Origin: an uncultured Chitinophaga sp.
Lineage (GTDB): Bacteria; Bacteroidota; Bacteroidia; Chitinophagales; Chitinophagaceae
Reading direction: 5' to 3'
Length of the DNA stretch: 59,084 nucleotides
Assembly: GCA_964592935.1 (NCBI GenBank)
Contig: CAZQGZ010000001.1
Coordinates: 1 to 59,084 of the forward strand
Part shown: positions 18,656-28,686 of the stretch, one piece after another
How the letters are laid out: every line of letters starts with the position of its first letter
Numbering within the stretch: position 1 is the stretch's first letter
Made by a program: the position numbers and the translations under genes
Notes under the pieces: model-generated
Told to the model about the DNA's origin: nothing
Databases searched by the model: none
What the model saw: only the letters and a program-made list of their open reading frames with translations

Positions 18656-20047
18656 TTACCAATGTAATTTTCTTGAGAAATACATCACAACAGCCAGGGT
18701 GATGAAAAGACCGATGCTGCCGAGCAGCAAGGAATAATCCTGTAACTGGAGCAGGCTGAAAATATAGGAATAGATGAGCACCAGGACCAGCGATAAAACC
18801 GTGGTGGCTCTCCCGGATTGCAATACACTTTTTACGAACCAGGCGATCAGTCCGATGGTTGCCAGGGATGCGATCCCGTACGCTGTATTAAAACCGGTGT
18901 ATTCCGAAATGGAAAGCAGCAGCGTATAAAATAGAATGAGTGCCAGACCGATCAGCCCGTACTGAAATGGATGAACAGATTTTTTATGCGCCGTCTCGAT
19001 CAGGAAAAACGCGGTGAACGTAAGCAATATACAGAGCAATGCATATTTTACGGTACGCAGGGTTTTCTGGTAACCATTCACCGGGATAAAAAGATTGACA
19101 CCAAAAGAAGATTGGGCCACCGAAGAACCAGGGCCGGCTATTTTGTAATTACTTCTTATTGCCTGTTCCGTTTCAGATGCGGTGGGTTCAACCGGGAAGT
19201 AATAATCGAAGCGGAATGCATCATCCACCCATTGCTGGGGAAAATTTCTTTTATGGGTCATGCTTTTCCAGGTAGCGGTAAACCCGTTATTGTTTATTTC
19301 CGTTTTTTGCGGAAGCATGCTGCCGGTAAAACTGGGATCCTGCCAGGAGGAACTGATATTTACGGTTGTGGATTTTCCGACAGGTGTAAAAAATAATTGT
19401 TCTGAACCGTTGATATCGATCACCGCCGAGAACTGAACATTCTTCAGACCATCGGCAGAATCGATCTTCAGCGGAGCGATCATGCCTTCAGCATTTTCAG
19501 CTGGCGGCGACAATTCAAGCAGGCTGTCATTCCAGGTCAGTTGCACCTGGTCATTCAACCCTTTATTATCGGCGACAGAGATCCTGGCAAATGCTTCACT
19601 CCAGATGATCTTATCGGCAGGAATATTCAATTTTTCAAAAGCGGGGGAAGCAAACGATCCTTTTACATGGATCTTTGAATCATACAGCATCACTTTGTAA
19701 ATGCCCCTGTGTTTTTCTTTCGGGTTGATGGTGGCATTTATCGTCAGTTCATCAGGAAGGAAATAGGCAATATGTTTGGTGGTGTATGCCCGGTGTGCGG
19801 TATCCTCAACGGTTTGCCAGAAAGGAACACCAATAACCGGCCCGATCATATTCTGGGGGCCCGCCCATTTCCCCGAGATCTCACGGGCCGCTTCGACCTG
19901 GCGTTTCTCCCGTTCAAAGATCAGGCTCTTCACATAAAGCACCGGGACAAGCAGGAGTAAAGCGATCACACCGATGATCCCACCTTTAATGATCCATTTA
20001 CTTTTGTTCCAGGCTGTTTTCACTGTTTGTTGTAAGGTTGCTTCCAT
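18656..20047 (-). CDS. creD: cell envelope integrity inner membrane protein CreD
   Basis: KWAGPQ..IGP, RGIY, KYALLCILLTF, HPFQYGLIGLAL, LLLSISEY, LQDYSLLLGS. Confidence 0.95.
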   Translation of the reverse strand: MEATLQQTVKTAWNKSKWIIKGGIIGVIALLLLVPVLYVKSLIFEREKRQVEAAREISGKWAGPQNMIGPVIGVPFWQTVEDTAHRAYTTKHIAYFLPDELTINATINPKEKHRGIYKVMLYDSKIHVKGSFASPAFEKLNIPADKIIWSEAFARISVADNKGLNDQVQLTWNDSLLELSPPAENAEGMIAPLKIDSADGLKNVQFSAVIDINGSEQLFFTPVGKSTTVNISSSWQDPSFTGSMLPQKTEINNNGFTATWKSMTHKRNFPQQWVDDAFRFDYYFPVEPTASETEQAIRSNYKIAGPGSSVAQSSFGVNLFIPVNGYQKTLRTVKYALLCILLTFTAFFLIETAHKKSVHPFQYGLIGLALILFYTLLLSISEYTGFNTAYGIASLATIGLIAWFVKSVLQSGRATTVLSLVLVLIYSYIFSLLQLQDYSLLLGSIGLFITLAVVMYFSRKLHW

Positions 20048-20053
20048 ATATAT

Positions 20054-20533
20054 TTATTGATTTTCATGATCGTTTTGTTCAAGCCAGTTGATCTTCCGCA
20101 TGCAAAGGAAGAGTGTTGCAAATCCTCCAATTCCAAATGAACAATCCACCAACCGCCACCAGCAAGGTATTCCCCGGAAATGCCCGGCGATCAATGCAAA
20201 GGGAATGATCAGCAGGCAGGCGATCATTCCGAATTCAATGACCCATTTATTTTTTACGGGATCCCGGTAGGGTCCGATGAATAAGATGGCCAGTACAAAA
20301 TGGGCAAAAGCGAGCCAGTCGTACCCGTAAAACAGGAAAGGATAATGCTCATCCATGGCATGGATACCATCCTGAACTTTTTCCATCCAGGGTTGGATAA
20401 AGCCGACATCCTCTGTCATCCTGTATAAAAAATCCGCTTCGGATCGAACGGGAATGGCCGTGAGCCCGCTGAAAAATAAAGCGAGCATAAAAAAGAGAAG
20501 CCATTTCCGGATGATCTGTTTGTCTTTGTTCAT
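20054..20533 (-). CDS. conserved membrane protein
   Basis: SGLTAIP, YPFLFYGYDWLAFAH, GPYRDPVKN, WRLVDCSFG; start MNKDK. Confidence 0.85.
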   Translation of the reverse strand: MNKDKQIIRKWLLFFMLALFFSGLTAIPVRSEADFLYRMTEDVGFIQPWMEKVQDGIHAMDEHYPFLFYGYDWLAFAHFVLAILFIGPYRDPVKNKWVIEFGMIACLLIIPFALIAGHFRGIPCWWRLVDCSFGIGGFATLFLCMRKINWLEQNDHENQ

Positions 20534-20540
20534 AAAAAGT

Positions 20541-20557
20541 ACTTTGTATTTCAAAGT
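20541..20557. promoter_or_regulatory. palindromic operator ACTTTG-N5-CAAAGT (copy 1)
   Basis: ACTTTGTATTTCAAAGT, 7 nt spacer to the ATG at 20533. Confidence 0.8.
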
Positions 20558-20573
20558 GAAAGCATAAAAAAAA

Positions 20574-20873
20574 TTATTTCATTCCTTTGATCATGGATTC
20601 CAGCGCCGTGATATGTTCCTGGAATGCTTTCTCACCGGCCCGGGTAATGGCGTAGGTAGTATTGGTTTTCCTTCCCACAAATCCTTTATGGACCTTGATA
20701 TAACCATTCTCCTCCAGGTTCACCAAATGGGTGGCCAGGTTACCATCCGTTACCTCCAGCATCTGTTTCAGGTCATTAAAACTGATCTCGTCATTCACCA
20801 TGAGGATACTCATCACCCCCAGGCGAATGCGGCTTTCAAAAATTTTATTTAACCCATTGATCGGATTCTTCAT
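20574..20873 (-). CDS. winged-helix transcriptional regulator (HTH_34/MarR-ArsR-like)
   Basis: SRIRLGVMSIL...TDGNLATHL..LEENGYI...FVGRKTNT.Y. Confidence 0.93.
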   Translation of the reverse strand: MKNPINGLNKIFESRIRLGVMSILMVNDEISFNDLKQMLEVTDGNLATHLVNLEENGYIKVHKGFVGRKTNTTYAITRAGEKAFQEHITALESMIKGMK

Positions 20874-20943
20874 GCCCCTGTTCCGCTGCGGCGGAAAATT
20901 TTGATTAATTTACTTAAACTCACAATTCCTTTTTGCTTTACGA

Positions 20944-21579
20944 TTATTTTCTTTCATATTTGATCCACATGATCGCACCGTAAAAAATATGTAAAACACC
21001 AAAGCCTGCCGCCCAGAAATACAATCCATACCCGATAAACAGCATATTGATCAGTCCCAGTATAATTTCACAATAACCCAGGTAGCGTATATCAGATAAA
21101 GTGTACTTGCTGGCATTCACAAGAGCCAGGCCATAAAAAATAAGGCTCGAAGGAGCCACAAATCTCCATTCATCATACCGAAGCATAGCCAGTATGAAAG
21201 CGGCACCTGCCGCAAGCGGAACCAGCATATTCCAAAGCAATCTTTTCGATGTGTGATCCCATAGAGACAATCCCTGCTGTTTTGTCCTTTGCCAGGTGAA
21301 ATAAAATGAAGATGCACAGGCTGCAAAAAAAACGATAAGGGCCAGGCCGGCCAGCTTGATCTTTAACCCGCTGAATTCATCCCCGGAAAATAGTCCCCGG
21401 CTATTGTAACTTCCATAATAACCATCCAAAATTTTCCAACCTATCCATGCTCCCGCAAGGGCACATACTCCTGCTGCGATCCCGCTCAACCCGCTCAGGC
21501 TGATGAACCGGCTGCTGCGCTCCATGATCTGTTTGATATCTTTTAGTGTCTCGGCTGGTTGTAGATTTTTTTCTTCCAT
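20944..21579 (-). CDS. conserved membrane protein associated with the HTH_34 regulator
   Basis: MERSSRFISLSGLSGIAAG, GFGVLHIFYG; start MEEKNL. Confidence 0.88.
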   Translation of the reverse strand: MEEKNLQPAETLKDIKQIMERSSRFISLSGLSGIAAGVCALAGAWIGWKILDGYYGSYNSRGLFSGDEFSGLKIKLAGLALIVFFAACASSFYFTWQRTKQQGLSLWDHTSKRLLWNMLVPLAAGAAFILAMLRYDEWRFVAPSSLIFYGLALVNASKYTLSDIRYLGYCEIILGLINMLFIGYGLYFWAAGFGVLHIFYGAIMWIKYERK

Positions 21580-21586
21580 AAAAAGC

Positions 21587-21603
21587 ACTTTGTATTGCAA
21601 AGT
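21587..21603. promoter_or_regulatory. palindromic operator ACTTTG-N5-CAAAGT (copy 2)
   Basis: ACTTTGTATTGCAAAGT, 7 nt spacer to the ATG at 21579. Confidence 0.8.
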
Positions 21604-21743
21604 AAATGATCGGCTTATTAATTTCCAAATTATTTTTCCCGATCATCCTGCCAGGTATCAACTGAAACCCCATCCGCATCATATGAAAAGGCATTCGTGC
21701 CAAAATACCTGCAGAATTAAACTTCCTTTTGTATTTTTAGCGG

Positions 21744-24227
21744 ATGTTTAACGCGGTGGCGCTATATAAACCTTTGCTGACAACCGGCCTCTTCCTTGCC
21801 GTCTTGTTTGCTTCGGCACAGCAAAAGGTCCTCCGCGGTGTGATAAAAGATGCACACAGCGAAGAACCCATTCCCTTTGCTTCCGTTCAATTTAAGCACA
21901 CCACCGTTGGCAAACAGGCCGATTCTTCCGGCAGCTTTTCCCTGCAGCTTTCTGCCTGGCCTTCCGATACACTGGAGATCTCCTGCGTGGGATACCAGCC
22001 TTTTTTTATTGTGATCAACAAAAACAAAGATTCCATCTGGGCCGGAGTCATGCTGGAAAGAGGGACATTCAATGATGGCGCATCCGTGAAAGTTAAAGTG
22101 AATAAAGGGTTGCTGCTCTGGCGAAAGATCGTTCAGCATAAGCCCGGCAATGACCGTTTTCGCTTTGATAATTTCTCTTACGAACTGAACAACAAACTGG
22201 AGCTGGATCTTAAAAATATCAATTTCGAAAAATTCGGCAAATTCAAGCCCCTCCGCCCGATCAGCAACCTGATCAACCAGAATATTGATACGGCAGAGGG
22301 GTTGAAATACCTTCCTGCATTTCTTACCGAAACCATCTCCGATTATTTTTACCAGGAAAAACCATTGAGGAGAAGGGAGATCATCAAAGCGGTAAACCCC
22401 TATGGATTGAAAAATGAAAGCGCCATCAAATTCCTGGGAGGCATGGACCAGGTCGTAAATATTTACAACAATTTCATGACCGTTTTTGACAAACAGTTCA
22501 TTGGCCCCCTGAGTGATAACGGAGATTTTTATTACAACTACCGGGTCGTCGATACCCAGTTGATCAATAACCGCCGCTTCTTTCATCTTGTTTTCACCCC
22601 GAGACGTACGGGCAGCGATACTTTTGAAGGAGATTGCTGGGTACAGGCAGGGAGTTTCGCCATTCAAAAAATGAACCTGCGCCTCGGCAAGGAAGCCAAT
22701 GTAAATTTTCTGGAGAACATGAGCCTGATCCAGGAATATGCATTGATCAATGATTCAACCTGGTTCCTGTCGAAAGATAAATTTGTAGCCGAAATATCCC
22801 CGGCCGGAAAAGACAAACCGGGATTTATAGGCCGCAAAACAACAACCTATAGAAACGTTGTTGTCAATGATACTTCGGTCACCAATGAACTCCGCAAAAA
22901 CAAGATCCAGGATGAAGTCATTACATTGCCCGGAGCCGATAAAAAAGATCATTCATACTGGATAGAATCCCGTCACGAAGTGCTGACTAAAACAGAAAGC
23001 GGTATCATTAAAATGATCGATACGCTCACCCGGGCCCCGGTGTTTCAGCAATTCACCAAAACAATAGGATTTATCGGAACAGGTTACCGCGATATCGGCA
23101 ATTACGAGATCGGTCCCTGGTACAACTGGATCACCTCTAATGGTTGGGAAGGATTCCGGCTGCGTTTTGATATCGGCACCAATAAATACTTTGATAAAAA
23201 ATTCAAATTCCACACTTACCTCGCTTATGGTTTCGGCGATAAAAAATTGAAAGGGCTGGGAGAAATATTTTACCTGCCTAAAAAAGATCCCAGGATGTAT
23301 TTCTATGGTTCTTACAAAAACGATCTCGACTTTGGCCAGAATTATTTCGGGGAAGTGACTTCGGATAATTTTTTCGCCCTGGCCGTGCGCAAGAATAATG
23401 TCCCGGTGAAAAATATCAAGGTCAATGAAAAAAGATTTGAATTTTTCAAAGAACTGACACCCTGGTTATCGAACCAGCTCGCCATCACCCATACGGCTAC
23501 ATTGCCACTGCGAAACCTGCTTCCGCTGGATTCATTCAGAACATCGCATGGCAACCCGCTCACCAGTTTTGCAGTGTCCCTGCATATCCGCCTGGCCTGG
23601 CTCGAACGTTTTCTCGAAAGTCATTTTTACAGAAGCAGTCTCGGGAGTCCTTACCCGATCGGGGAGATCAATATCAGTCACGGTTTCGCCGGCGTTTTTA
23701 AAAGCAGCTATAATTATACAAAGATCAATGCCAGTGTTTCCGGTAATTTAAAAGTTCCTCCGTTAGGTAATATCTCCTGGTATGTATTCGGAGGGAAAAC
23801 CTTTGGCACATTGCCATATACCCTGCTGGATATTGCACCCGGCAATGAACTATACTATTATAATAAGTATGCATTTAACATGATGAACCGCTGGGAATTC
23901 GTTCATGATAAATATTCCGGGATCAATATGGAACATAACATAGGCAATGGGATCTTCCGCTGGTTTCCCAAACTCCGATTCCGGCAATTCTGGACCGCCA
24001 AAGCTTTATGGGGAAGTATCTCCCCTTCCAACCGGGCGCTTAATTTCAAACAGGGGAATACTTTCCAGTCTTTGGATGGCAAAACCTATCTCGAATTAGG
24101 AACCGGCATTGATAATATCCTGCACGTTTTCCGGGTTGATTTTATCTGGCGGGTTCTGCCTTCCACCCTTCCCAAAACCGGTGATAAAACATTTGGTGTG
24201 TTTGGAAGTTTCCGGTTTGCATTTTAA
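21744..24227 (+). CDS. DUF5686 outer-membrane protein with carboxypeptidase-regulatory-like N-domain
   Basis: EPIPFASV, ISCVGY, EGFRLR, YLELGTGIDNI, C-terminal Phe. Confidence 0.85.
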   Translation: MFNAVALYKPLLTTGLFLAVLFASAQQKVLRGVIKDAHSEEPIPFASVQFKHTTVGKQADSSGSFSLQLSAWPSDTLEISCVGYQPFFIVINKNKDSIWAGVMLERGTFNDGASVKVKVNKGLLLWRKIVQHKPGNDRFRFDNFSYELNNKLELDLKNINFEKFGKFKPLRPISNLINQNIDTAEGLKYLPAFLTETISDYFYQEKPLRRREIIKAVNPYGLKNESAIKFLGGMDQVVNIYNNFMTVFDKQFIGPLSDNGDFYYNYRVVDTQLINNRRFFHLVFTPRRTGSDTFEGDCWVQAGSFAIQKMNLRLGKEANVNFLENMSLIQEYALINDSTWFLSKDKFVAEISPAGKDKPGFIGRKTTTYRNVVVNDTSVTNELRKNKIQDEVITLPGADKKDHSYWIESRHEVLTKTESGIIKMIDTLTRAPVFQQFTKTIGFIGTGYRDIGNYEIGPWYNWITSNGWEGFRLRFDIGTNKYFDKKFKFHTYLAYGFGDKKLKGLGEIFYLPKKDPRMYFYGSYKNDLDFGQNYFGEVTSDNFFALAVRKNNVPVKNIKVNEKRFEFFKELTPWLSNQLAITHTATLPLRNLLPLDSFRTSHGNPLTSFAVSLHIRLAWLERFLESHFYRSSLGSPYPIGEINISHGFAGVFKSSYNYTKINASVSGNLKVPPLGNISWYVFGGKTFGTLPYTLLDIAPGNELYYYNKYAFNMMNRWEFVHDKYSGINMEHNIGNGIFRWFPKLRFRQFWTAKALWGSISPSNRALNFKQGNTFQSLDGKTYLELGTGIDNILHVFRVDFIWRVLPSTLPKTGDKTFGVFGSFRFAF

Positions 24228-24292
24228 TCCGGATTCGTTCCCGGTATCGAACAAAGTTTTACTTATCTTACTGACGATAAAATATTTTATTC

Positions 24293-25771
24293 ATGTCCTT
24301 ACATTATATCCTCGCCCTCGACCAGGGCACCACGAGCAGCCGCAGTTTGTTGTTTGATAAACAGGGAAACATCCTCAGTACAGCGCAAAAAGAATTTAAA
24401 CAAATATACCCGCAACCGGGCTGGGTGGAACATGATGCCCATGAAATATGGAGTACCCAATTGGGTACGATGACCGAAGCAATGGCCAAAGCAAATATCC
24501 AGATGAAACAGGTAGCGGGGATCGGCATCACCAATCAACGGGAAACAACGGTGGTATGGGATCGGAAAACAGGCCGTCCGATTTATAATGCGATTGTATG
24601 GCAGGACAGGAGAACCGCTTCTTATTGCGATGAGTTAAAAGCAGCAGGCCATCAGGAAATGATTCAGCAAAAAACCGGTTTGATCATTGACGCCTATTTC
24701 TCCGCCACCAAACTGAAATGGATACTGGACAATATACAGGACGCCCGTTCAAAAGCAGCCAGTGGTGAACTGGCTTTTGGTACGATAGACACCTGGCTTA
24801 CCTGGAAACTCACGAATGGCGAAGTGCATGTTACGGATGTATCAAATGCATCAAGAACCATGTTATTCAATATTCATTCGATGCAATGGGATGAGGAACT
24901 TCTGAAATTATTCAACATACCTGCTTCTGTTTTGCCGGAAGTGAAACCGAGCTGTGAAGTTTATGGAAAAAGTGAAGGGATCCCCGTCGCTGGCATCGCC
25001 GGCGACCAGCAGGCTGCTTTGTTTGGTCAAATGTGCACACAACCCGGCATGGTAAAAAACACATACGGCACCGGATGTTTTATGCTGATGAATACCGGTG
25101 AAAAAGTAATCACATCAAAAAATAATTTATTGACCACCATTGCCTGGCAAATTAATGGCAAGACGGAATATGCACTGGAAGGAAGTGTATTTATCGCCGG
25201 GGCCGTTGTACAATGGTTAAGGGATGAATTAAAGATGATCCGCACATCCGCCGAAGTGGAGAAATTAGCAGGGCAGGTAAAAGATGCAGATGGCGTATAT
25301 ATTGTTCCTGCTTTTGCAGGCCTGGGCGCGCCTCACTGGAATCAATATGCAAGAGGATCCGTGTTTGGATTAACACGAGGTAGCAGTCATGCACATATTG
25401 CCCGCGCCGCACTGGACAGCATCGCTTATCAAACTTATGATGTGCTGAAAGCCATGGAAGCCGATTCAGGCATACAGATAAAAGAATTAAGAGTGGATGG
25501 CGGCGCTACCGTGAATAACCAGTTGATGCAATTCCAGAGCGATATTTTGAATTGCAACGTGGTAAGACCCAGGATCACGGAAACAACTGCCCTGGGTGCT
25601 GCCTATTTAGCCGGGCTTGCGGTGGGCTATTGGAAAGATGCAGAAGAAATACAGGAGCAATGGCAGGTGGAAAAATCGTTTGTTCCTGCAATGAACAATA
25701 ATAAAAGAATGGAGTTTGTGAATGGATGGCAACGGGCAGTGAAAGCGGCTTTAGCATGGGCAAATGGCTGA
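24293..25771 (+). CDS. glpK: glycerol kinase
   Basis: [45 protein letters not shown]. Confidence 0.98.
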   Translation: MSLHYILALDQGTTSSRSLLFDKQGNILSTAQKEFKQIYPQPGWVEHDAHEIWSTQLGTMTEAMAKANIQMKQVAGIGITNQRETTVVWDRKTGRPIYNAIVWQDRRTASYCDELKAAGHQEMIQQKTGLIIDAYFSATKLKWILDNIQDARSKAASGELAFGTIDTWLTWKLTNGEVHVTDVSNASRTMLFNIHSMQWDEELLKLFNIPASVLPEVKPSCEVYGKSEGIPVAGIAGDQQAALFGQMCTQPGMVKNTYGTGCFMLMNTGEKVITSKNNLLTTIAWQINGKTEYALEGSVFIAGAVVQWLRDELKMIRTSAEVEKLAGQVKDADGVYIVPAFAGLGAPHWNQYARGSVFGLTRGSSHAHIARAALDSIAYQTYDVLKAMEADSGIQIKELRVDGGATVNNQLMQFQSDILNCNVVRPRITETTALGAAYLAGLAVGYWKDAEEIQEQWQVEKSFVPAMNNNKRMEFVNGWQRAVKAALAWANG

Positions 25772-25778
25772 GAAAAAA

Positions 25779-25901
25779 AAGACTCAATATTCAATAAACA
25801 ATATTCAAGTTGAAGATTCCTCATTGAACATTGAATAATCACTATTCAGTCTGAGGTCAATCCTTGAATATTGATTATGGAGTGTTGACATATTGAGTCT
25901 T
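25779..25901. repeat. MITE-like palindromic element, AAGACTCAATAT family (copy 2)
   Basis: AAGACTCAATAT ... ATATTGAGTCTT; inner AATATTCAAG / CTTGAATATT. Confidence 0.85.
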
Positions 25902-25928
25902 CTTACGAACTACAAATAAGCAAAAAAG

Positions 25929-27428
25929 TTGGAAAGGAAAAGAATGATAGCACTGTTGGATTCTACTGATGAGTTTGACATTTGTATCATCGGCGGCGGA
26001 GCGACGGGATTGGGAACTGCGTTGGATGCGGCTTCAAGAGGATTCAAAACCATTCTGTTTGAGCAGCATGATTTTGCCAAAGGCACTTCTTCCCGCAGCA
26101 CCAAACTGGTGCATGGCGGTGTACGTTATCTTCAACAGGGAAATATCAAATTAGTGATGGAAGCACTGAGGGAACGGGGCTTGCTGATGAAGAATGCACC
26201 GCACCTGGTGCATAACCAGAAATTTGTTGTTCCCAATTATAAATGGTGGGAAAAACCATTCTATGGCATCGGGCTGAAGATCTATGATAAGATGGCGGGT
26301 AAGCTCGGATTGGGTCCATCGCAATTTTTATCCAAAGAGGAAATTTTAGAGCTCGCCCCCACTCTCGACCCGGAGGATCTGAAAGGCGGTGTGCTGTACC
26401 ACGACGGGCAATTTGATGATGCAAGACTGGCCATCAGTATTGCGAAAACCGTCAAGACGCACAATCAAGCATCTGGTGTACTGAATTATTTTCCTGTAAC
26501 GGGTTTATTGAAATTCAACCATAAAATTTCCGGTGTTTCAGTAAAAGATCATTTCACCGGGAAAGAATACGAGGTAAAAAGCAAAGTGGTCATCAATGCC
26601 TCCGGTGTTTTTACGGATACAGTTATGAGAATGGATGAAGGGAGCCATGAAAACATCATTCATCCCAGCCAGGGAATACACCTTGTCGTTGATAAAGAAT
26701 TTTTGCCCGGTGATACGGCTATCATGATACCCAGGACAGATGATGGACGGGTTTTATTTGCCGTACCCTGGCATGATAAGATCGTATTGGGCACTACCGA
26801 TACACCGGTTGATTCCGTTTCCGCAGAACCCATACCGTTGCAGGAAGAAATAGAATTTATTTTGACGCATATCGGCCGGTACCTCAGTAAAGATCCCCAA
26901 CCCGTTGATATAAGAAGTATGTTCGCGGGATTGCGTCCATTGGTAAAAGGTAAATCAAAAAATACGGCCTCATTATCGCGGGATCATTTTATTACGGTGA
27001 GCGAAACAGGATTAATCACCATCACGGGGGGCAAATGGACCACCTACCGTAAGATGGCCGAAGATGTGGTGAACATGGCTATAAAGAATTTTCAATTACC
27101 GGGTAAACCCTGTATTACAAGAGACCTGAAGCTGAATGGACATGATCAACCCGCCGGACCGTCTGAAATAACTTCGTTAAACCATGATGAGTTAAAAACA
27201 TGGATCAAAAAATCTATTGAGGAAGAAATGTGCATGACCGTGGAAGATTTTTTATCCCGCAGAACAAGACAACTTTTGCTGAATGCACGGGAGGCCATAC
27301 GGGCTGCACCGATGGTTGCCCGATTCATGGCAGCAGAAATGAATAAGGATGAGACCTGGGAAAAAAAACAAGTTGATGATTTTATTTTAATAGCCAATCA
27401 GTATCTTCCCCAACTAATAAACCAATAA
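25929..27428 (+). CDS. glpD: FAD-dependent glycerol-3-phosphate dehydrogenase/oxidase
   Basis: IIGGGATG, GTSSRSTKLVHGGVRYL, AGLRPL, GGKWTTYR. Confidence 0.96.
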   Translation: MERKRMIALLDSTDEFDICIIGGGATGLGTALDAASRGFKTILFEQHDFAKGTSSRSTKLVHGGVRYLQQGNIKLVMEALRERGLLMKNAPHLVHNQKFVVPNYKWWEKPFYGIGLKIYDKMAGKLGLGPSQFLSKEEILELAPTLDPEDLKGGVLYHDGQFDDARLAISIAKTVKTHNQASGVLNYFPVTGLLKFNHKISGVSVKDHFTGKEYEVKSKVVINASGVFTDTVMRMDEGSHENIIHPSQGIHLVVDKEFLPGDTAIMIPRTDDGRVLFAVPWHDKIVLGTTDTPVDSVSAEPIPLQEEIEFILTHIGRYLSKDPQPVDIRSMFAGLRPLVKGKSKNTASLSRDHFITVSETGLITITGGKWTTYRKMAEDVVNMAIKNFQLPGKPCITRDLKLNGHDQPAGPSEITSLNHDELKTWIKKSIEEEMCMTVEDFLSRRTRQLLLNAREAIRAAPMVARFMAAEMNKDETWEKKQVDDFILIANQYLPQLINQ

Positions 27429-27439
27429 AACTACCGATC

Positions 27440-28150
27440 ATGATGTCAGCATTTCTTGCAGAATTTACCGGCACCACCATCCTTATTATTCTTGGAGCAG
27501 GAGTTGTCGCCAACGTTGTATTACATAAAACCAAGGGAAACAACAGCGGATGGATCGTCATTACATTGGGTTGGGGCATGGCTGTCTTTTTGGGTGCCAC
27601 TGCCTCCCTGGCCATGGGTGGGATGGGACATTTGAATCCTGCGTTCACCATCGCCATGGCGGTGTTTGCCGATTTTGACAGCCAATTAATTTTACCATAC
27701 ATTGGCGGGCAATTTGCCGGAGCCATTGTTGCATCCATTATCATCTTTATTGCTTACAAACAACATTTTGATGAAACAACAGATGCCGATGCGAAACTGG
27801 GAGTGTTCTGCACATCACCTGCTATCAGGAATTCAACCTGGAATCTTTTAACGGAGATCATCGGCACATTCATATTGGTGCTTGGCGCATCCTTATTATC
27901 CAAACCGGAAAGTAATGCGGGACAGTTGGGAGCATTGCCGGTTGGCTTATTGGTGCTGGCCATTGGTTTATCCCTGGGTGGCCCGACCGGTTATGCAATA
28001 AATCCTGCCCGGGACCTCGGTCCCCGCATCGCTCATTTCATTTTACCTATAAAAAATAAAAGAGACAGCGATTGGGGTTATTCATGGATACCTGTATTGG
28101 GCCCTGTAATCGGGGCATTGATCGCTGGTTATGTTCTTAAAATGATGTAA
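27440..28150 (+). CDS. glpF: glycerol uptake facilitator (MIP family)
   Basis: HLNPA and GYAINPARDLGPR. Confidence 0.95.
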   Translation: MMSAFLAEFTGTTILIILGAGVVANVVLHKTKGNNSGWIVITLGWGMAVFLGATASLAMGGMGHLNPAFTIAMAVFADFDSQLILPYIGGQFAGAIVASIIIFIAYKQHFDETTDADAKLGVFCTSPAIRNSTWNLLTEIIGTFILVLGASLLSKPESNAGQLGALPVGLLVLAIGLSLGGPTGYAINPARDLGPRIAHFILPIKNKRDSDWGYSWIPVLGPVIGALIAGYVLKMM

Positions 28151-28160
28151 TAACTTCTGT

Positions 28161-28679
28161 ATGAAAAAAAATATTTTATTAATTCTGGTTGTTTTAATAG
28201 TTAATCATATGCAGGCTCAAACTCCTGAAGAACGATTGAAAGAAAAAGGAATTGTTCTTTCAATCCCTTCCCCACCGGTGGCAAATTATGTAAATGCAGT
28301 GAGGGTTGGCAACCTGCTGTACCTGGCCGGCAAGGGCCCGTCAAAACCGGATGGATCATACATTATTGGAAAGGTTGGTAAAGATCTGTCCGTTGAACAG
28401 GGTTATGAAGCGGCAAGGTTAACGGCCATCAGTCATCTTTCAGTACTGAAAGCAGAACTGGGCAATTTGAATAAAGTAAAACGCATTGTAAAAGTGCTGG
28501 GTATGGTAAACTGTACCGATGATTTTAAAGATCAGCCAAAAGTTATCAATGGATATTCTGATTTAATGGTTGAAATTTTCGGTGAGAAAGGAAAACATGC
28601 CCGTTCAGCAGTAGGGATGAATGCTTTGCCCATGGGAATTGCCGTGGAAGTGGAAGTGATTGTCGAGATAGAAGATTAG
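28161..28679 (+). CDS. RidA/YjgF-family protein with signal peptide
   Basis: PVANYV, VING.SDL, GKHARSAVG, LP...AVEVE. Confidence 0.9.
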   Translation: MKKNILLILVVLIVNHMQAQTPEERLKEKGIVLSIPSPPVANYVNAVRVGNLLYLAGKGPSKPDGSYIIGKVGKDLSVEQGYEAARLTAISHLSVLKAELGNLNKVKRIVKVLGMVNCTDDFKDQPKVINGYSDLMVEIFGEKGKHARSAVGMNALPMGIAVEVEVIVEIED

Positions 28680-28686
28680 CCGTATT

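Noticed and set aside
21762-22667. 301-aa minus-strand ORF
   Set aside because: It is antisense to the DUF5686 gene and has no recognisable motifs.
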